DNA of 64,000 nt from an uncultured Candidatus Saccharibacteria bacterium (GTDB lineage: Bacteria > Patescibacteriota > WWE3 > 2-01-FULL-39-13): positions 7,735-71,734 of the forward strand of contig CAYJKF010000003.1 of NCBI GenBank assembly GCA_964370865.1. Direction: 5' to 3'. Positions 19,297-29,129 of this stretch are shown here, piece after piece; within the stretch, counting starts at the first letter, position 1, and the number at the start of each line of letters is the position of its first letter. The notes under the pieces were generated by a model. The model did no database searches. It was not told the origin of the DNA and was given only the letters and a program-made list of their open reading frames with translations. Position numbers and translations under genes: made by a program.

Positions 19297-22200
19297 CTAC
19301 TTAAATTCTACTACTCTATCACGACGAAAGGTTTTGTTAGTCCCCGAAAAACTATCGTATGCTGAGAAATAAGTATCGTTAAACTCAATCAGCGATAATA
19401 ACCGCCAATACTTCGCACTACCAGCCTTAGTAGATTGATAGCGGATATTTATGTTTTTAGAAACACGATCCCCCAAATATTCGCCAAATGCGTCTTGATT
19501 AACTTCACGCGCACCGACACTAAATCCCTTATTTACTGAGGAGTTGGGCTTCTGAACTTTTGTCGTGGAGGTCCCATTAACATCGTGTACGTTATCTACT
19601 TCTTCGTCAGAGAAATTAGTGATATACATTTCTTTTGGGGCATCTTCAGGAGCGATTGTTTCTTTTTCTAATTCCTTAACTACATCCGTCTTGCTGATCA
19701 TGGATTCGTAATCGAAATACTCCTTTATGTAATCAATTAGAGCTTTTTCCTCTCCCGGTTGGTCGCTTATCCAATCGAAATACGATATACGATAGAAATT
19801 CCAGCCAGCCGCTTCTAGGACACCCTGGCGCTCCCAGTCGCTCTGAATATATACTTGACCGTCTCCTCCTTCGAAATGTGTAGGGCCGTCACATTCAATG
19901 GCTAACTTTTTGCCATTATGAGATACCGTTATATCAATCCTAAAACCTAGTGATTCAGTTTGTGTTTCTATTGTGTAATCGTTAGGATCTAATTCTTTAG
20001 CCAAGAAGCTATATATATTCTCTTCAAAACCCGAATCAAACTGTTGTGCAGATTTGATGTGTCGGCGAGAAACAATTCCAAACTTATCAATATATTCCAA
20101 GTACTTTTTAATCCAGATACCATCCGGCCATAGCTCTGTTGCAATCGATGTAACGGTATGGACTTGTAATCTCGCACGACTAAACGCAACATTCACTCGC
20201 CCTGCCGCGATATCTTTACGAATCTCACCTCCTTCTCCTGTTAGAGCTATATAACGCCTCTTATCGCTGGGGTCTTTGATGACGAAAGAGTAGATTACTA
20301 TATCTCTTTCATCTCCTTGAATCCCATCAATAATAGACACCTTTATGTTTTCATCAGAAATAGTTTTACGAATCAACTCCGCCTGTTCATTGAAGAAGGT
20401 TAAAATAGCAATAGTTTTATCTTTTAAAGCCGCATCAATCTTTATCTCCTCTAATATTTGCTGAATTTTCCTTACTTCTGCGATATTGGTTTTATCGGAA
20501 GTTTCTTCTAGTTCGTTTGGAGCTACTAAATGGGTTAATAAAATGCGTCCTGTATTTTTGTAAGGCACAATATTATCGTTTATCGCTTCGAGATTACGAC
20601 CTATCGGTTCATAAAATGACTGATTAGAGAAACCTATCAGCTCTTTGGGAGAACGATAGTGGTACTTAAGTGTTTTGGTTTTAAAACCATTTAAATGGGC
20701 GATGTCCATAACAGATTTAACGGTGTCTTCTTCTGCTTTGATTTGGTAGACATCAGGAATCTTGTGCTTTTTGGCAATCGCTTTCAATTGATCATTAGAC
20801 TTAAACATAATATTATCGTCTCGCATTTGTAATGTATCCCCAAAGAAAATAGTGTGTTTAGCACGGAACATAGAAGGAAATGCGTATGCAAAGTTGCATT
20901 GAGATGCCTCATCAATAATCACATAATCAAATGCGTTCATTTCTAAAGGTACAATTCGACTTACATCATCCAAACTCATCATCCAAATCGGAAGTACTTT
21001 AGTCATTGCCTTGAAATTATCTTCGTTATGTTTAAGCCTATCAAATGTTTTATTGGCTTTTTTACTTTTTGTTAGACTTCTAGCAACTTGTGCAAGAGTC
21101 GCTTTCAAAGATTTGTCGTTATTCGCTTCCCCGATTCTAGTTAAGATACGATTTCGGACATAATTAGTAGTATTAGTTCTGTAAAATTTTCTTATATCCT
21201 TTATTTCGCGATTTAATTCATTTGCCGAATATAATGACACCTCGTTAATCTGTTCAGAAATCTTAGTATACCGAGTTAAATCACTAAAGACCTGCTCCTC
21301 ACCTCCATTTTCTATAATAATCTTTTTAATATTTGTGAATGCCGTTGCGGGTATATTTTTACTCTGTAATAAATCCTGTACCAACGCGCGACTACGAGCG
21401 ATTGCCTTAATTTGACTGGTATAATTAAAATATTCCACAAGACTATCGAGTAGTTGTAAACGTGCTGACTTAGTGTTGTCTGAGAACAGTATTCTCTCAA
21501 GCTCAATATAAATTTCCTGAAGTATAGTTCGGCAGTATTTCTTTAAAGCATTATGTAGTTTTGTGTTATTAACTCTAATACCAAACCAACTGGATCGCTC
21601 AGGCATCTTAGACTTAAAATAGGTTTGAATATCTGTTATTGAATCGATGGTCGACTGGTAATTAATTTCAAGTGACTTAAACTTGGTGTCCAGAGCATTT
21701 ATTAATTTGCCGTGGACGTTCTCTGTATCTTTGATCTTTGACACCATCTTCGCAATGAATTTTTCCTGTTCCAATACTTGGTCATACCATTCACGACTGA
21801 TTCCGTAGGTATACAATGGTTCAAGATAATCCAGTTTTCTACGCTCAACGTATAATGTATATATATATCTTTCATTCTCGATATTTTTATCAAATATATT
21901 GGATCGGTCGGCGAGTAAGGCCAGAGGCTCTTTTAAGTCACCAACTTTACTTTTTTGGAATTCTCGATTTAAAGCTTGAAGGGTAATTGCTGCGCTATCC
22001 TTTTCGTCAGATTCATTATACATTTTTGAAGTCTTGTCTGGTATGTAACCAAATAAGAATGGAATATCTAATCCTTTCAGCTTATCCTTTACTCCACGAA
22101 TGGCTTGATCCTTTTGACTTGCAAAAAGTACGCGTTTACCTGTTGCTGCAAAATGAACTAACAAATTGGCAATTGTCTGTGACTTACCTGTACCTGGAGG

Positions 22201-23181
22201 ACCTTCAACAATTACTGCTTTATTTGAAGTGATTCCTAATACTTTTAATTGATACTTATCGTAGTCAAAGGGGAAGAATATTTCAGTACTTCCGTCTTCC
22301 GAAACATGCTGTTCAATTGTCATATCCTCATCTGAAACCCAACTTCCAAGAGACGTTTTAATTAAATCCGTGTCATCAATAGCTGCGATTGCTTTAAGGT
22401 CCTCCGCCAAGAAATAATTTGTCTTGTTGGTAATGCAAACAATACTAAATTCGAAAGAAGGAATAAGGGTAATTGACTTTGCATCGGCTCTATCAAGCTG
22501 CGTTCTTATTATTGCCCACAGTTCCTCAATGAACTCATCTTCAAGAGGCAAAATTGTTCTTCCTTCTGATTCTGCAGCCGCTATAAACGTAAATATCTCA
22601 TCATAGTATTGCTGCGGTAAGTAGTTCTTCAGTGGACCACATAGTATTTCAATATAATTGTCGGGCAGTTCAAGAATGACATTAACGCCAACCGCGGTGT
22701 ATTTGAGATTAATCGCAGCTACCGGTAACTGTATAAGGGGTGCTTCATATTTTTCGTATTCTTCGCTGTAATCGGCCTCTAAAATTCGTCGGGATTCAAA
22801 GGACACAAAACCGGTTTGAAGAACAACTCTTTTAGTGTACTCATCTGTTTTTATCTTAGTATCAATCTCTTGGATTTGATTTAAGAGTTCTCGGTCACGT
22901 GCAATACGAGCCTCTGCTTTACGCTGTTCCTCACTTTTGTCATCTTCCGGGGTATTGGGGTCAAAGTGACTATCTAATGATATTACTAGAGAAAGAGTGA
23001 TGCTAGCCATATCATTCTCAAAGATCAGTTCGGAAATTGGTAGCAAGTTAACATCTATTTTATCGGTTTTAACTGGCCTACTCCTCGGACCACTGCTTGA
23101 AATCAAACCCACATAGTCGAGTCCATAATTAGCTAATTGGCGAATTGATATTGGTATTTTTGACATACTATATAGAAGCAA
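19297..23181 (-). CDS. Large Upf1/DNA2-like SF1 helicase (AAA_11/AAA_12 type) with an N-terminal about 330-aa unknown (DUF4011-like) region and a C-terminal DUF559/Vsr-like endonuclease domain
   Basis: Walker A VIVEGPPGTGKSQTI, Walker B VIIDEASQ, motif V IDGIQGDERDIVIYSFV, motif VI RVNVAFSRAR. C-terminus ...LAIECDGPTHF...DWERQGVLEAAGWNFYRISYFDW matches the DUF559 core. Confidence 0.8.
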   Translation of the reverse strand: MLLYSMSKIPISIRQLANYGLDYVGLISSSGPRSRPVKTDKIDVNLLPISELIFENDMASITLSLVISLDSHFDPNTPEDDKSEEQRKAEARIARDRELLNQIQEIDTKIKTDEYTKRVVLQTGFVSFESRRILEADYSEEYEKYEAPLIQLPVAAINLKYTAVGVNVILELPDNYIEILCGPLKNYLPQQYYDEIFTFIAAAESEGRTILPLEDEFIEELWAIIRTQLDRADAKSITLIPSFEFSIVCITNKTNYFLAEDLKAIAAIDDTDLIKTSLGSWVSDEDMTIEQHVSEDGSTEIFFPFDYDKYQLKVLGITSNKAVIVEGPPGTGKSQTIANLLVHFAATGKRVLFASQKDQAIRGVKDKLKGLDIPFLFGYIPDKTSKMYNESDEKDSAAITLQALNREFQKSKVGDLKEPLALLADRSNIFDKNIENERYIYTLYVERRKLDYLEPLYTYGISREWYDQVLEQEKFIAKMVSKIKDTENVHGKLINALDTKFKSLEINYQSTIDSITDIQTYFKSKMPERSSWFGIRVNNTKLHNALKKYCRTILQEIYIELERILFSDNTKSARLQLLDSLVEYFNYTSQIKAIARSRALVQDLLQSKNIPATAFTNIKKIIIENGGEEQVFSDLTRYTKISEQINEVSLYSANELNREIKDIRKFYRTNTTNYVRNRILTRIGEANNDKSLKATLAQVARSLTKSKKANKTFDRLKHNEDNFKAMTKVLPIWMMSLDDVSRIVPLEMNAFDYVIIDEASQCNFAYAFPSMFRAKHTIFFGDTLQMRDDNIMFKSNDQLKAIAKKHKIPDVYQIKAEEDTVKSVMDIAHLNGFKTKTLKYHYRSPKELIGFSNQSFYEPIGRNLEAINDNIVPYKNTGRILLTHLVAPNELEETSDKTNIAEVRKIQQILEEIKIDAALKDKTIAILTFFNEQAELIRKTISDENIKVSIIDGIQGDERDIVIYSFVIKDPSDKRRYIALTGEGGEIRKDIAAGRVNVAFSRARLQVHTVTSIATELWPDGIWIKKYLEYIDKFGIVSRRHIKSAQQFDSGFEENIYSFLAKELDPNDYTIETQTESLGFRIDITVSHNGKKLAIECDGPTHFEGGDGQVYIQSDWERQGVLEAAGWNFYRISYFDWISDQPGEEKALIDYIKEYFDYESMISKTDVVKELEKETIAPEDAPKEMYITNFSDEEVDNVHDVNGTSTTKVQKPNSSVNKGFSVGAREVNQDAFGEYLGDRVSKNINIRYQSTKAGSAKYWRLLSLIEFNDTYFSAYDSFSGTNKTFRRDRVVEFK

Positions 23182-23238
23182 TTAACTCCTAGCCGTATTA
23201 TACAGCGAAAATTATTGCTTGTAGTGTATATTTAAAGT

Positions 23239-23874
23239 ATGTTTAGTCTTTCTACTACCAATACCGAGATAAAAGGAGAAATTGGCTATTTCAAACTTCA
23301 GAATTGGTGGCTGTCGAGCTTTACTCAAAAAGAACGAGACCGTATTGAAGAGATTTTTCACCCGATGGGTTCAAATTCAAACGACAAATCTCTTACAGAA
23401 TATACGATTCGTTGGACTTCTCAGACTGCAACTGGATTTCTTCAATCACTTGCGAGTTGGTTTAATAATCCGCAAGACAGAGAAATTGCGAAAAAGATAA
23501 TCGCGAAAGCCGAGGAATTAGCTCCCCTAAGCGGAGATATTCTCGACCAACATTTTACACTACAACAAAAGATGCAGATTTACTACCCTGAACGAGAAAC
23601 AAATCCATTGGCACTAGAAAAATCTATATCAGCTTGCAAAGAACAAATTGCTTTGGCTTCAAAAGCTTCAAAAGCCTTTCTGAAAGAATATCCCAATCAA
23701 CCCTTGCCAGTTCATGCAGGTTACTCTAAGCTCAGAATTATCCTTGAGAAGCAAAAGAAATATGATGAGGCAATAGAGCTTTGTTTAGAAGCAAAAGTTC
23801 AAGGTTGGAATGGTGACTGGGATAAACAGATAGAAACTCTCAAAAAGAAAAAAGAAAAACTTTCACACAGTTAG
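23239..23874 (+). CDS. Hypothetical protein
   Basis: ORF only. Lys-rich C-terminus. Confidence 0.35.
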   Translation: MFSLSTTNTEIKGEIGYFKLQNWWLSSFTQKERDRIEEIFHPMGSNSNDKSLTEYTIRWTSQTATGFLQSLASWFNNPQDREIAKKIIAKAEELAPLSGDILDQHFTLQQKMQIYYPERETNPLALEKSISACKEQIALASKASKAFLKEYPNQPLPVHAGYSKLRIILEKQKKYDEAIELCLEAKVQGWNGDWDKQIETLKKKKEKLSHS

Positions 23875-23899
23875 AATTATCACTACTCCACCATTAATC

Positions 23900-24349
23900 C
23901 TAGTACTTGAACTGATTTTTCGCATCTTCCCTTTTTGTACCGAATTCTTCCTCCATCATTTTCAGAAATTTATTATATACATTGTCAGCCTGCAAGTTGC
24001 CTTCTTCTGTAATAAAAACATGTAAGTCTTCATTACTAGCAATTACTTGTGTCTGCCTTGGAAGCCCATCTACATACGCCCACACCAACTTAGTGGCTGA
24101 AATATCACCATTCAAAGCCCTATCTACAATCTTTTTCACTAGCTTCTCTTTACGACTTAAACCTGTCTCACTATCAAGCTCATCCAAATACTCGCGGACA
24201 CAATCAGCAATTGTCTGACCTTTCAATGGCCTGCCTTTAGGATTACCTGAGACACCTTTTGTAAACGGCCTACCAATCACTCTGCTGTTATTCTCCTGTT
24301 TATCAGCAATTTCCATTAGCTTAATTATATACCAAGAAATGTCTATCAA
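23900..24349 (-). CDS. Phage/plasmid-associated small protein with a GNPxGRP motif (DUF5681-like)
   Basis: VSGNPKGRPLKGQ motif, recalled as common in phage/plasmid small proteins. Start uncertain. Confidence 0.4.
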   Translation of the reverse strand: MIDISWYIIKLMEIADKQENNSRVIGRPFTKGVSGNPKGRPLKGQTIADCVREYLDELDSETGLSRKEKLVKKIVDRALNGDISATKLVWAYVDGLPRQTQVIASNEDLHVFITEEGNLQADNVYNKFLKMMEEEFGTKREDAKNQFKY

Positions 24350-24391
24350 AGACTGTGAGTTGTTGGACTAATCTAATTTAGTCTATTTCAT

Positions 24392-27079
24392 TTGTGCAAT
24401 AATAAAAATATTCAGTATTTCAACTATAATCTAGGAATGGAAGCGGATAAATTATTATTCTTAGCAAAATTGCGTAAAATTGCCGAACAAAGAGGTGGGC
24501 TATGTCTCTCAAATAGCTATTATAGTGCAAAAACATCCATGTTATGGCAATGTAGAACTGGACATCAATGGTATGCAATTCCAGATTCAATTCGAAGAGG
24601 ATCATGGTGTCCTTACTGTTCCGGTAAACATCAGAGTATAAAAGATATGGAAGAGATTGCCGCCAAAAGAAATGGTAAATGTTTATCCTCTCATTTCGAT
24701 AAGGCGAAGACAAAACTATTATGGGAGTGTAACAAAGGGCATCAGTGGTATGCAACTCCAGATAAAGTTAAAAGGGGATCATGGTGTCCTCAATGCATTG
24801 GTAGAGGTAAGACGATTAATGATATGAAACAAGTAGCTGAATTGAATGGAGGAGTATGTCTATCCACAGAACTCATCAATTTGAATACTAAGCTGTTATG
24901 GAAATGCAAACACGGACATATATGGGAGGCAAGTGGCACTTCTGTATATACCAATGGTAATTGGTGTGCTAAATGTGGTTATAAAAAAGTAGCTAAGCAG
25001 AAAATAAAGCATACCCTATCAGAAGCTAAACAAATAGCTACAGAAAGGGGGGGTTATTGCGTAAGTAAAAAGTATATTTCATTTAACGCAAAATTATCTT
25101 GGAAGTGTCAAAATGGACATCTCTGGAAAGCTTCCTTTGGTAATATTCTTAAAGGAAGTTGGTGCCCAATATGTTCTTCTCATCGAGGTGAGAAAATATC
25201 TCGATTAATTTTAGAAAAATTATTTGGGCGAGAATTTCCCAAATCATATCCTAAGTGGTTAACAAGTAAGTCTCATACCCAACTAGAACTAGATGGATAC
25301 AACGACCAACTCAAAATTGGACTAGAATATCAGGGACAGTTGCATTTCAATAACATTGACCACTTTTATAATACTGATGAAGAGTTTCAGAACCGCCAAG
25401 AAACTGATAGACTTAAACGCAAATTGTGTCGAAAACACAACGTAAAATTATTGGAAATTCCATATACAATCGACTACGACAAAATTGAAAGCTACATTCG
25501 TATATGGTTAGTTGAAAATAAAATTCCACAAGATACAATTAATCCCCACAAAATAGATATTACTCCCTATGAAATATATTCAGCTACAGAAATGGATCAA
25601 CTAAAAGAAACTATAAGAAATCGTGGAGGCAATATAAATATTCAACAATATACCGGATCAGTAGGACGTATAGAAGTAATATGCAAAAATAACCACCGTT
25701 GGGAAACTACACCTACAAGTATAAAGTCTGGTAGGTGGTGCCCATACTGTTTAGGGAGATATAAAAGTATAGACGATATGCAAACCTTAGCATTACGAAA
25801 TGAAGGTTTATGTTTATCTGAAAAATATATAAACGGAATTACCCCACTTAAGTGGAAGTGCAAGGCCGGACACATATGGTATGCAAAGCCAAGTAACATT
25901 ATATTTGGAAAATGGTGTCCAAGATGCGTTGGGCAAAATAAAACAATACTTGATATGGTTACTCTAGCAAAAAAATTTGGAGGCAAGTGTCTTTCTCCAA
26001 TTTATATAAATGTAAAAACTCCACTTCAATGGGAATGCAGTAATGGTCATGTATGGGAGGATACACCCGATGCAATAATCCAAGGAAAACGTTGCCCATA
26101 TTGTAATCGGCAGTATTATACTATCGTCGAGGCTAAAAAGCTTGCAACAACTAAAAAGGGGGAGTGTTTATCTACTACAGATTATAAAGGGAAAACTAAT
26201 CTTCTTTGGAAATGCAATAAAGATCATAGTTGGAATGCCTCTCCGTTTGTTATCGAATCAGGAAAATGGTGTCCAGTATGTGCGAAAGAGAAGCGAATTA
26301 CTATTAATAAGGCAAGGAAGTTAGCAGAAAGTAGAGGTGGGGCATGTATTTCAGATCTCTATGTAAACTCGTTGACTCCATTATTATGGAAGTGTGCAAC
26401 AGGCCACGAATGGAAGAGCACATATCAGAACATTCGAAAGGGGAATTGGTGTCCGTATTGTTCAAAAAATAGAAAGATCACGAAGGATGTTATAGATGAT
26501 TTTATCAAACCTAGAGGTGGCATATGCCTGTCGAATGGCCCATTCAAATCTAAGATGGATCTTCAATGGATGTGTAAATATGGCCACAAATGGTCTACAC
26601 AGTATACTAATATACAACGAGGGCATTGGTGTCCTATATGTGCAAAGCAAACATCAATCCAAATTTCTGATATTAAGAAATTTGCTAATAGAAAGCATGG
26701 AGATTGCTTATCTACGTCTTATAAAAACAACTCTCAATTATTGACTTGGTCTTGTGAACAAGGACACGTTTGGAAAGCAAGTTATTCAAATGTTAGTCAA
26801 GGTACATGGTGTCCATATTGCCGAGGGAAATATAAAACAATTAAAGATATGCAAGAACTCGCAAAGCCTAAAGGTGGTAAATGTTTATCGAGTGTATATA
26901 TAAGCGCAAAAACCAAACTAACATGGGAATGTAAATATGGGCATATTTGGGAAGCTACACCTGATAGTATCATAAGTAAACATACATGGTGTCCAATCTG
27001 CAAGAGTCAACGCTTTAAACTTACACCTGAGATAGATAAGATTAGTTTGGAAGCAACTAATGATACACTTGCATCATAA
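24392..27079 (+). CDS. Protein with 12 tandem Cys/Trp/His zinc-ribbon-like repeats (DUF4379 / 'probable zinc-ribbon'-like). After repeat 4 the array is interrupted by a DUF559/Vsr-like endonuclease core.
   Basis: Repeats of about 58 aa matching GGxCLSxxYxxxxTxLxWxCxxGHxWxAxPxxIxxGxWCPxC, counted directly. Insert contains LELDGY...LEYQGQLH...DRLKRKLCRKHNVKLLEI, which resembles iEvDG..H...D.R...L...G.vlRf of DUF559. Confidence 0.7.
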   Translation: MCNNKNIQYFNYNLGMEADKLLFLAKLRKIAEQRGGLCLSNSYYSAKTSMLWQCRTGHQWYAIPDSIRRGSWCPYCSGKHQSIKDMEEIAAKRNGKCLSSHFDKAKTKLLWECNKGHQWYATPDKVKRGSWCPQCIGRGKTINDMKQVAELNGGVCLSTELINLNTKLLWKCKHGHIWEASGTSVYTNGNWCAKCGYKKVAKQKIKHTLSEAKQIATERGGYCVSKKYISFNAKLSWKCQNGHLWKASFGNILKGSWCPICSSHRGEKISRLILEKLFGREFPKSYPKWLTSKSHTQLELDGYNDQLKIGLEYQGQLHFNNIDHFYNTDEEFQNRQETDRLKRKLCRKHNVKLLEIPYTIDYDKIESYIRIWLVENKIPQDTINPHKIDITPYEIYSATEMDQLKETIRNRGGNINIQQYTGSVGRIEVICKNNHRWETTPTSIKSGRWCPYCLGRYKSIDDMQTLALRNEGLCLSEKYINGITPLKWKCKAGHIWYAKPSNIIFGKWCPRCVGQNKTILDMVTLAKKFGGKCLSPIYINVKTPLQWECSNGHVWEDTPDAIIQGKRCPYCNRQYYTIVEAKKLATTKKGECLSTTDYKGKTNLLWKCNKDHSWNASPFVIESGKWCPVCAKEKRITINKARKLAESRGGACISDLYVNSLTPLLWKCATGHEWKSTYQNIRKGNWCPYCSKNRKITKDVIDDFIKPRGGICLSNGPFKSKMDLQWMCKYGHKWSTQYTNIQRGHWCPICAKQTSIQISDIKKFANRKHGDCLSTSYKNNSQLLTWSCEQGHVWKASYSNVSQGTWCPYCRGKYKTIKDMQELAKPKGGKCLSSVYISAKTKLTWECKYGHIWEATPDSIISKHTWCPICKSQRFKLTPEIDKISLEATNDTLAS
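24452..27010 (+). repeat. Intragenic tandem coding repeats, about 174-bp period (4 copies, about 420-bp interruption, 8 copies)
   Basis: Repeated protein units produce periodic DNA. These are not CRISPR: there are no short identical repeats or spacers, and the region is coding. Confidence 0.7.
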
Positions 27080-27097
27080 TATCATCGATTAATTAGC

Positions 27098-27733
27098 ATG
27101 TATTATTCTAATAAATTTATCAAAGAATATTTGCATAATGATATTCAAAAATCTATTGAAAACGATGTTAAAACGGCGATTAAAGGTTACTCAGAACTCT
27201 GGATTAAGGAAACACGCGAAGCTGGTTTTTTCGCAATACCAAGGTTACTCTTCCCAGAAATAGACGGACTAGGATCGTATATTACAGGAAACTCAAATAC
27301 TACTACGATAAATATAAAAAGTTATTTGAGTATGGTAATGTCGCAAATTGATGATAACTACAAGAAATACGCTGGTTTTATAACAATTATCTTCAGACAC
27401 GGATTGCTACATCAACATGCTCCAAAAAAATTTCGTTACAACGGGAAGACAATTGGTTGGGCAATTCAAGTTGGCTCACCTAATTTACCAATATCTGCTC
27501 TCCGAAAATCCCACCTAATTTTTAGTGGTTCTCATCTATGGATACATGCAAATGTTTTTTGTGATGATTTAATCAAATCAATTGACCTGTTCGAACCATT
27601 AGTTATCCAGAAATATAGGGAACATTTTATAAAATCTTACCGCGAGCAAAATCGCAAACTCTCCATACATGACTCAATAAGACCGAATGTGATAGAACGG
27701 GATGATTTTAATTTTCTCAAAGACTTAAAATAA
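27098..27733 (+). CDS. Hypothetical protein
   Basis: ORF only. Confidence 0.35.
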   Translation: MYYSNKFIKEYLHNDIQKSIENDVKTAIKGYSELWIKETREAGFFAIPRLLFPEIDGLGSYITGNSNTTTINIKSYLSMVMSQIDDNYKKYAGFITIIFRHGLLHQHAPKKFRYNGKTIGWAIQVGSPNLPISALRKSHLIFSGSHLWIHANVFCDDLIKSIDLFEPLVIQKYREHFIKSYREQNRKLSIHDSIRPNVIERDDFNFLKDLK

Positions 27734-27794
27734 TCCCGTTCAGTAAATGCATATAAATTGTATTTACACGGACGACAAACAATAAAATCCCAAA

Positions 27795-28034
27795 TTAGAA
27801 ACACTCAGAATATAGGCTTTCAGATGAAAGTGAGCCACTTGAAATCGCAAACTGTTCAACACAACTAAAAAATGAATCGTAATTCGCTTCTGATTCTATA
27901 TATTCGCCATACCACTCTTTAGCAGTTTGACCTTCGTATTTTCCGTTAGAACCTATACCCCAAAAAATAGAAATAATTACAATTGTGCAAATAACTCCGC
28001 CTATAAAACCACCTGAAGAATTTTCGTCTATCAT
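27795..28034 (-). CDS. Small membrane protein, hypothetical
   Basis: One TM helix. Confidence 0.3.
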   Translation of the reverse strand: MIDENSSGGFIGGVICTIVIISIFWGIGSNGKYEGQTAKEWYGEYIESEANYDSFFSCVEQFAISSGSLSSESLYSECF

Positions 28035-28039
28035 TTGTG

Positions 28040-28762
28040 TTAATAGCTAAAACTAATGTCTACTCCATTTTTTTTGTACTTTATAATTGTCGGCAAAACT
28101 TCCTCTTCACCAAACACATTTTTAAAAAAGTCTAATCCTTCTCTACGATCTACGATGAAACCTAGATTCCGAAAATCATCGTCATCAATGTTTCTTGCGA
28201 AATGAGGAAATTCACATAATGTGATGAACTTATTTTTCTCATTAGAATTATCCTCATCTCGGTATTCGAGACATGGTAATAGCATCCACTCATAGATTCC
28301 CTGGGGACTTTTCACAAGCTTTTCATAGATGCTAAATAAAATATGATTTTCAAGACCGTCGTCATCACCTGCAACTGTTGCAGAATAAAGTAGATTAGTC
28401 GTTTGATCCCGAAATATGATACCGCATCCTTGATACGAATTAATAAAGTAAGCGTTTTCAGAAGACAAATATGTCAAGTTTACTCTAGATCTTAGTCTAA
28501 ACTTTCTGAAATCAGAATTAGAACTCTTCAATTTATCTTTATCAGTTTTTGTCCAATCTTTAAACTCTTTACCTTCAGTTGCACTAGCAATACCGCAGAG
28601 TTCGCCAAATTTATCAAATTTAAGAACTGATTGCACAGCATCGATAGACATACTGTATGAGTATCCACTATTCCTTTCCTTTTCGAGATTTTTGATTCTT
28701 CTATCAATCTGGTAATAAAAATAACCTGCAATTACTATTACAATTACGGTTGTAAGCCACAT
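28040..28762 (-). CDS. Membrane-anchored hypothetical protein
   Basis: N-terminal TM helix. No recognised motif. Confidence 0.35.
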   Translation of the reverse strand: MWLTTVIVIVIAGYFYYQIDRRIKNLEKERNSGYSYSMSIDAVQSVLKFDKFGELCGIASATEGKEFKDWTKTDKDKLKSSNSDFRKFRLRSRVNLTYLSSENAYFINSYQGCGIIFRDQTTNLLYSATVAGDDDGLENHILFSIYEKLVKSPQGIYEWMLLPCLEYRDEDNSNEKNKFITLCEFPHFARNIDDDDFRNLGFIVDRREGLDFFKNVFGEEEVLPTIIKYKKNGVDISFSY

Positions 28763-28811
28763 ATTAATTATTACTCTCTTCGCTCAGTAATAGTTTACTG
28801 AGAATTGAGAA

Positions 28812-29129
28812 TTAACTACGTAGTATATCTTGTAAATCCTTCTCCAAAGATTTCCTTTGTTCTTCAGTTAATTTTTCCATATTTTCTTCGGCAATCTTCG
28901 TAATATCCTCATTTGTAATTTGCATTTTCCTTTGAATAGCAATCAATTTGGTCTCATTCCATACTTCAAAAACACGAACAAGCTTGCGAAGGTAATCTAC
29001 TTTCATGTCTAGCCCAATCAAAAGTGCCATGAATGCATACACTAAAAACAATCTCAAATCAATTAAAATTAGAATTGTTGCTAGAATTAACTCAAATAAA
29101 TAGGTGACGATCTTACTTGTTTTAGACAT
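28812..29129 (-). CDS. Small membrane protein (start taken at internal MSKTSK to avoid overlap with the upstream HTH gene)
   Basis: Two TM helices. The ORF track gives 28812..29225. Confidence 0.3.
   Translation of the reverse strand: MSKTSKIVTYLFELILATILILIDLRLFLVYAFMALLIGLDMKVDYLRKLVRVFEVWNETKLIAIQRKMQITNEDITKIAEENMEKLTEEQRKSLEKDLQDILRS

Noticed and set aside
24420-27003. Several short antisense ORFs (24420..24755, 25642..25986, 26462..26650, 26797..27003) and same-strand small ORFs (26142..26324, 26496..26744) within the ZnR-repeat gene
   Set aside because: Generated by the repetitive coding sequence. The long sense ORF with 12 coherent repeats explains the region.
24452-27010. Possible CRISPR array because of periodic repeats
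   Set aside because: Repeats are about 174 bp, degenerate at the DNA level, and in-frame coding. There is no short identical repeat/spacer structure and no cas genes.
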